This document shows positions 39,602 to 43,908 of a stretch of 43,908 bases of DNA, one piece after another. The stretch is from assembly GCA_001799045.1 (NCBI GenBank), contig MGRY01000143.1, positions 1-43,908 of the forward strand, read 5' to 3'. Both the position numbers and the translations under genes were made by a program. Origin of the DNA: Deltaproteobacteria bacterium RIFCSPLOWO2_02_56_12. Lineage in GTDB: Bacteria; Desulfobacterota; Binatia; UBA9968. The notes below the pieces were generated by a model. It searched no databases, was not told where the DNA came from, and was given only the letters and a program-made list of their open reading frames with translations. Positions within the stretch are counted from its first letter, which is position 1. Each line of letters opens with the position of its first letter.

Positions 39602-40306
39602 CTACGCTGCCAGTGCCCTAACCTGAGACAAATCGATCTTGACCCCCGGCCCCATAGTGGTGGAAAGGGTCACTCCCAAAACATAGTTACCCTTGGCGGA
39701 AGCAGGTTTCGCTCGCAGGATCGAGGTCAAGACAGCCCTGGCATTGTCTAATAGCTTCTCGGCACCAAAGGTAGCCTTACCGATAGGCACGTGAATTATT
39801 CCTGCCTTATCAACTCTAAACTCCAGCTTCCCAGCCTTGATCTCTTTTACCGCCTTGGCGATATCCAGGGACACCGTCCCGGTCTTGGGATTGGGCATGA
39901 GACCCCTAGGTCCGAGAATCTTGCCGATCCTGCTAACCGCCCCCATCATGTCCGGGGTAGCGACCGCCTTGTCAAAGTCGAGCCACCCTTCGCTTATTTT
40001 CTTGATCAGATCCTCTGCCCCGACAAAGTCCGCTCCCGCTTCCTGGGCCTCCCTCTCCTTCTCCCCTTTGGCGAAGGCCAGTACCCGCACTGCTTTCCCC
40101 ATCCCATGCGGAAGCACCACGGTCCCTCGAACATTTTGATCTGCCTGCCTTGGGTCGACCCCTAACCGGACTGCCATCTCCACGGTCTCATCAAACTTAG
40201 CCCGGGCCGTCTCGTTCACCAAGCGCAACCCTTCTTCCAAGAGATATCTCTGGGTACGATCCACCTTTGCCAATCCGGCACGATAGCCTTTTCCTCTGCG
40301 TTTCAT
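39602..40306 (-). CDS. rplA: 50S ribosomal protein L1
   Basis: [32 protein letters not shown]...PNPKTGTV. Confidence 0.97.
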   Translation of the reverse strand: MKRRGKGYRAGLAKVDRTQRYLLEEGLRLVNETARAKFDETVEMAVRLGVDPRQADQNVRGTVVLPHGMGKAVRVLAFAKGEKEREAQEAGADFVGAEDLIKKISEGWLDFDKAVATPDMMGAVSRIGKILGPRGLMPNPKTGTVSLDIAKAVKEIKAGKLEFRVDKAGIIHVPIGKATFGAEKLLDNARAVLTSILRAKPASAKGNYVLGVTLSTTMGPGVKIDLSQVRALAA

Positions 40307-40320
40307 TTTTCCCCCGAACC

Positions 40321-40746
40321 TCAGTCTTCGATCTCTAAACCCAAACTCCTGGCAGTTCCTTCCACAGTCTTCTCCGCGGCTTCCAGATCCTTGGCGGTGA
40401 GATCGCGTAATTTAATCTGGGCAATTTCACGTACTTGGGCCCTGGTTACCTTTCCGACCTTCACTTTGCCCGGCTCACCCGACCCTTTCTCAACACCAGC
40501 CGCCTTCTTCAGCAGAATGGAGGCCGGCGGGGTCTTAGTAACAAAAGTGAAGGAACGGTCCGCATAGACCGTAACGATCACCGGGATGATCATTCCCTGT
40601 TGTGACTGGGTCGCAGCGTTGAAGGCCTTGCAAAACTCCATAATATTGACCCCACGCTGGCCTAAGGCCGGCCCTACCGGAGGGCTCGGATTAGCTTGTC
40701 CCGCCGGGATCTGAAGTTTAACTTCCCCGATAACCTTTTTTGCCAT
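40321..40746 (-). CDS. rplK: 50S ribosomal protein L11
   Basis: [34 protein letters not shown]. Confidence 0.97.
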   Translation of the reverse strand: MAKKVIGEVKLQIPAGQANPSPPVGPALGQRGVNIMEFCKAFNAATQSQQGMIIPVIVTVYADRSFTFVTKTPPASILLKKAAGVEKGSGEPGKVKVGKVTRAQVREIAQIKLRDLTAKDLEAAEKTVEGTARSLGLEIED

Positions 40747-40750
40747 AAAA

Positions 40751-40820
40751 TAGCTTTCAAGCGATTAGCCTTCAGCTATCAGCTAAAACCTGAAAGCTGA
40801 CCGCTGATGGCTGATTGCTG
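40751..40820 (-). repeat. Family A intercistronic word-palindrome element (nusG>rplK spacer)
   Basis: On the + strand: TCAGC at 40772 and 40779, GCTGA at 40796, 40803 and 40810, and the shared 11-mer GGCTGATTGCT at 40809-40819. Confidence 0.7.
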
Positions 40821-40825
40821 TCTTC

Positions 40826-41356
40826 TCAGTTGCGTTCCACCTGAACAAATTCCAATTCCACCGGGGTCGCGCGGCCAAAGATGCTGATCAGCACCCTGAG
40901 CTTGCCTTTGTCTGGCCGCACATCTTCCACGACCCCATTAAAATCAGCGAAGGGACCATCGACGACCTTAACGCTCTCCCCGACGGAAAAAAGGACCCGA
41001 GGTTTAGGCTTGATGGCCCCCTCCTCCATCTGCTGAGTGATGGCCTTGACTTCCTCGTCGCTAACCGATGAAGGGTTTGTGGTTCCCCCGACAAATCCTG
41101 TCACCTTCGGAGTCTCTTTGACGACATGCCATGTTTCGTCGTTGAGCTCCATTTGTACCAGGATGTAGCCAGGGAAAAACTTCCTTGAGGAAGTCCTCTT
41201 TTTTCCCTTGACCAACTCCACTACCTTCTCCACCGGGACCAAGATCTCCCCAAAATATTCCTGCTTGCCAAGCGTCCTGATCCTCTCCTCCAAGGCTGCC
41301 TTGGCCTTCTGCTCGAAACCCGAGAAGGTATGTACCACGTACCATTTTTTTGCCAT
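40826..41356 (-). CDS. nusG: Transcription termination/antitermination factor NusG
   Basis: ATG at 41356: MAKKWYVVHTFSGFEQKAK... (NGN domain) with a C-terminal KOW domain (GESVKVVDGPFADFNGVVEDV). The ORF-track start at 41503 runs 49 codons through secE. Confidence 0.96.
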   Translation of the reverse strand: MAKKWYVVHTFSGFEQKAKAALEERIRTLGKQEYFGEILVPVEKVVELVKGKKRTSSRKFFPGYILVQMELNDETWHVVKETPKVTGFVGGTTNPSSVSDEEVKAITQQMEEGAIKPKPRVLFSVGESVKVVDGPFADFNGVVEDVRPDKGKLRVLISIFGRATPVELEFVQVERN

Positions 41357-41376
41357 ACAGGAGAACCTGCTAAGAT

Positions 41377-41592
41377 TTAACTGATGATGGCCTGAATCGT
41401 TCGCGTCAGGCCGAAATCTACTAAAGCTAGAAAGATCGCAATCATCAAAACAACAATCACGACGAGCAAGGTCGCCGCATAGGTTTCTTTCCGAGAGGGC
41501 CAATGGACCTTTTTCAACTCCTGCCAGGCCTCTTTAAAGAATTCCACCAAGTGCGAAAGACTATCCCGAGCTTTCTGTATCCATTCTCCCAT
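41377..41592 (-). CDS. secE: Preprotein translocase subunit SecE
   Basis: 71 aa: FFKEAWQELKKVHWPSRKETYAATLLVVIVVLMIAIFLALVD (a single TM helix). It has the conserved position upstream of nusG. Confidence 0.92.
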   Translation of the reverse strand: MGEWIQKARDSLSHLVEFFKEAWQELKKVHWPSRKETYAATLLVVIVVLMIAIFLALVDFGLTRTIQAIIS

Positions 41593-41614
41593 GAGAGTGC
41601 CGAACGCGATGTGA

Positions 41615-41692
41615 TGGCGGGTCAGGCAGGACTCGAACCTGCAACAACCGGATTTGGAGTCCGGCGCTCTAGCCAGTTGGAGCTACTGACCC
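41615..41692 (-). tRNA. tRNA-Trp (anticodon CCA)
   Basis: Manual cloverleaf: GGGTCAG/CTGACCC acceptor, GCTC/GAGC D stem, CCGGA-CTCCAAA-TCCGG anticodon arm, GCAGG-TTCGAGT-CCTGC T arm, discriminator G. The 3' CCA is encoded. Confidence 0.92.
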
Positions 41693-41702
41693 TGGTTCTC
41701 CT

Positions 41703-41855
41703 TTACAGTTTGACCTCTCGATGCAGGGTGTGGATCCGGCAGAAAGGACAGAATTTTTTAAAGGCTAACTTGTCCGTAGTCGTCTTTCGGTTCTTCGAGT
41801 TCGTATAGTTCTTTCGCTTACATTGATCACAGGCAAAGCCGATCAGCTCACGCAT
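41703..41855 (-). CDS. rpmG: 50S ribosomal protein L33 (zinc-binding form)
   Basis: Below the ORF-track cutoff. The ATG at 41855 gives MRELIGFACDQCKRKNYTNSKNRKTTTDKLAFKKFCPFCRIHTLHREVKL*. SD GAGGGAGAGG lies upstream. Confidence 0.93.
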   Translation of the reverse strand: MRELIGFACDQCKRKNYTNSKNRKTTTDKLAFKKFCPFCRIHTLHREVKL

Positions 41856-41876
41856 GGCCTCTCCCTCTCTCGGACA

Positions 41877-43076
41877 CTACTGGATAATCTTGGTTACTAC
41901 GCCCGCCCCCACCGTCCTGCCTCCTTCCCGGATCGCGAATCTCAACCCCTCATCCATAGCAATAGGGGTTATCAGGGTTATTTCCACATTGACGTTGTCT
42001 CCGGGCATGACCATTTCGGTTCCTTCAGACAATTTCACAACTCCGGTCACGTCGGTGGTGCGGAAATAGAATTGGGGCCGATACCCATTGAAAAACGGGG
42101 TGTGTCTTCCCCCCTCTTCCTTCGTCAGGACATAGGCCTCAGCATTGAACTGGGTGTGTGGCGTGATGCTTCCCGGTTTAGCCAATACTTGACCCCTTTC
42201 GACCTCTTCCCGTTTGGTTCCCCTAAGCAGCACTCCGATATTGTCTCCAGCCCGCCCTTCGTCCAAAAGCTTACGGAACATCTCAACCCCTGTAGCGACG
42301 GTCTTTTGGGTAGCCTTAAACCCCACAATCTCCACCTCATCACCCACGTGGACGATGCCCCTCTCCACCCGGCCGGTTACCACCGTACCACGACCACTGA
42401 TGGTAAAGACATCTTCCACTGGCATAATGAACGGCCTTTCGACATCCCGCACCGGCTCCTTGATATAGCTATCCACGGCGGCCATTAATTTGAGCACCCC
42501 CCCACAGTTGGGGCAATCTTCCTTGCCACAGCCGCACTCTAGGGCCTTCAACGCACTACCAACGACGACCGGCGTGTCATCACCAGGGAACTTATACTTG
42601 GATAACAACTCCCTGACCTCCAGCTCTACGAGATCTAAGAGCTCCTTATCGTCCACCATGTCGGCCTTGTTGAGAAATACCACAATAGCTGGAACCCCGA
42701 CTTGGCGTGCCAATAAAATATGCTCACGGGTCTGCGGCATAGGACCGTCCGCGGCGGAAACCACAAGAATAGCGCCGTCCATCTGGGCCGCACCGGTGAT
42801 CATATTCTTCACATAGTCCGCATGGCCTGGGCAATCCACATGGGCGTAATGTCTACTTGAGGTCTCATACTCCACATGGGCAATATTGATTGTGAGGCCC
42901 CTCTCTCTTTCTTCCGGGGCCTTATCAATCTGGTCATAGGCCATGAATTTCGCCATGCCCTTTTTCTCCAGCACCTTAGTGATGGAAGCAGTCAGGGTGG
43001 TCTTTCCATGATCCACGTGACCGATTGTCCCAATATTCAGATGCGGCTTCTTCCGCTCAAATTTCTGTTTGCTCAT
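41877..43076 (-). CDS. tuf: Elongation factor Tu
   Basis: 399 aa: [24 protein letters not shown] and the domain II/III pattern. It contains an unusual [11 protein letters not shown] segment. Confidence 0.98.
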   Translation of the reverse strand: MSKQKFERKKPHLNIGTIGHVDHGKTTLTASITKVLEKKGMAKFMAYDQIDKAPEERERGLTINIAHVEYETSSRHYAHVDCPGHADYVKNMITGAAQMDGAILVVSAADGPMPQTREHILLARQVGVPAIVVFLNKADMVDDKELLDLVELEVRELLSKYKFPGDDTPVVVGSALKALECGCGKEDCPNCGGVLKLMAAVDSYIKEPVRDVERPFIMPVEDVFTISGRGTVVTGRVERGIVHVGDEVEIVGFKATQKTVATGVEMFRKLLDEGRAGDNIGVLLRGTKREEVERGQVLAKPGSITPHTQFNAEAYVLTKEEGGRHTPFFNGYRPQFYFRTTDVTGVVKLSEGTEMVMPGDNVNVEITLITPIAMDEGLRFAIREGGRTVGAGVVTKIIQ

Positions 43077-43169
43077 GTCCTCCTCCTAATTGGTTTGCCG
43101 TTCACTCATTCCCTTATACCCGTCTGGGCTCTTTAAACGATGTATTTCTCCGCCAAGGTTCCGGGCAAA

Positions 43170-43242
43170 AGCCCAGGAGCGGGATTGAACCGCTGACCTC
43201 GTCCTTACCAAGGACGTGCTCTACCGACTGAGCTACCTGGGC
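43170..43242 (-). tRNA. tRNA-Thr (anticodon GGT)
   Basis: Manual cloverleaf: GCCCAGG/CCTGGGC acceptor, CGTCC-TTGGTAA-GGACG anticodon arm, AGCGG-TTCAATC-CCGCT T arm. CCA is not encoded. Confidence 0.9.
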
Positions 43243-43268
43243 ATTTCAGTCGTAAGCCATACACAAAC

Positions 43269-43344
43269 TGGAGCGGGAAACGGGACTCGAACCCGCGACC
43301 CCGAGCTTGGAAGGCTCGCGCTCTACCAACTGAGCTATTCCCGC
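43269..43344 (-). tRNA. tRNA-Gly (anticodon TCC)
   Basis: Manual cloverleaf: GCGGGAA/TTCCCGC acceptor, CGAGC-CTTCCAA-GCTCG anticodon arm, GCGGG-TTCGAGT-CCCGT T arm. CCA is encoded. Confidence 0.9.
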
Positions 43345-43348
43345 ATTA

Positions 43349-43434
<86 letters not shown>

Positions 43435-43527
43435 TTCTCTACCTCGAAAACAAATCCATTAAGCTAAGCACCCCGAGCCTAAGGGTTTGGCAGCATCCAA
43501 CTCGGTCAGCAACCCGAACTCTCGATC

Positions 43528-43602
43528 TGGAGCTGGCGATAGGAGTTGAACCTACAACCTGCTGATTACAAATCAGCTGCTCTACCGTTGAGCTACGCCA
43601 GC
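43528..43602 (-). tRNA. tRNA-Thr (anticodon TGT)
   Basis: Manual cloverleaf: GCTGGCG/CGCCAGC acceptor, GCTGA-TTTGTAA-TCAGC anticodon arm, GTAGG-TTCAACT-CCTAT T arm (one G-U pair). CCA is encoded. Confidence 0.9.
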
Positions 43603-43908
43603 TTTGTCTGCGAAAAAGGTAATTGCACGCGCCAATGCAAAAAAATCCCTTGCTCGCCTTAAAAATTGGCGATGGAGAAGCCCGCTGTATAAATAGTTTG
43701 GACCTAACCCTTAAGGCAAATGACAGCGATTAAGACTAGTATATATTGCAAACTAACATATAGAACACCTTCCCGTTCTAATGTCAAGCTCCCCCGCTAT
43801 AAAAATCTCTACTATTGATCTTTGTAAAATATAGTGACATTTAATGGATTTTGTGTTAGTGTATTGTGCATGGGAAATCTACTTGGAGTACGAAGGGACT
43901 TTGACGTA

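Noticed and set aside
41823-42488. 221-aa ORF on the + strand
   Set aside because: It is antisense to tuf and rpmG, with no motifs. It is an expected long open antisense frame in a highly codon-biased gene.
43757-43787. Possible promoter for the tRNA-tuf cluster (minus strand TTGACA at 43787-43782 and TATATG at 43762-43757)
   Set aside because: The spacing is 19 nt and the -10 element is weak. It lies about 155 nt upstream of the first tRNA. This is not strong enough to call without transcript data.
43603-43908. AT-rich region at the right edge, with an ATG at 43870 opening a frame that runs to the window end
   Set aside because: Only 13 codons are visible, which is too little to call a gene.

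Overview
Bacterial chromosomal window, moderately GC-rich by eye. No database search was run, so all identifications rest on conserved motifs and gene order.

**Translation and transcription cluster (11.7-43.6 kb, all on the minus strand).** The order is tRNA-Thr(TGT), tRNA-Tyr, tRNA-Gly, tRNA-Thr(GGT), tuf, rpmG, tRNA-Trp, secE, nusG, rplKAJL, rpoBC, rpsL, rpsG, fusA. It continues with the S10 operon (rpsJ to rpsQ), the spc operon (rplN to rplO, secY, adk, map, infA, rpmJ) and the alpha operon (rpsM, rpsK, rpsD, rpoA, rplQ).
- L30 is absent.
- tuf is not in the str operon.
- S4, S14, L24, L33, L36 and Adk are all Cys-rich, zinc-ribbon-type forms.

**Left quarter (1-11.7 kb).** It mixes three kinds of gene:
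- Housekeeping genes: trpD, then argS followed by a SPOR-domain gene.
- A small metabolic group: a beta-hydroxyacid dehydrogenase, an orphan ABC substrate-binding protein, an MmgE/PrpD-family protein and a ChrR-type cupin.
- Two decayed accessory patches. The first (1-1000) holds a zeta-like P-loop remnant and a DUF4160/DUF2442 pair. The second (8.9-10.7 kb) holds an integron-type integrase C-terminal remnant, a Y1 (IS200/RAYT-like) transposase fused to a DnaA-C-like HTH and flanked by perfect 19-bp inverted repeats, and a frameshifted orphan Phd/YefM antitoxin that keeps a near-consensus promoter.

**Main unexplained signal.** Most junctions in the ribosomal cluster are overlaps or gaps of 25 nt or less. 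Each of the seven spacers of 50 nt or more carries one of three sequence families of AT-rich word-palindrome elements.
- Family A shares GGCTGATTGCT (3 copies).
- Family B shares TGCAAAATGAAAA and TGCATTTTGCATT (2 copies).
- Family C shares AATAACCAATAAC (2 copies).

One family B copy is spanned by a 37-codon uORF that starts 2 nt after the fusA stop and ends in an ATGA overlap with the rpsJ start.

A strong hairpin plus U-tract also sits between rpsG and fusA.

I saw no CRISPR array, no rRNA gene and no convincing multi-gene defence system.
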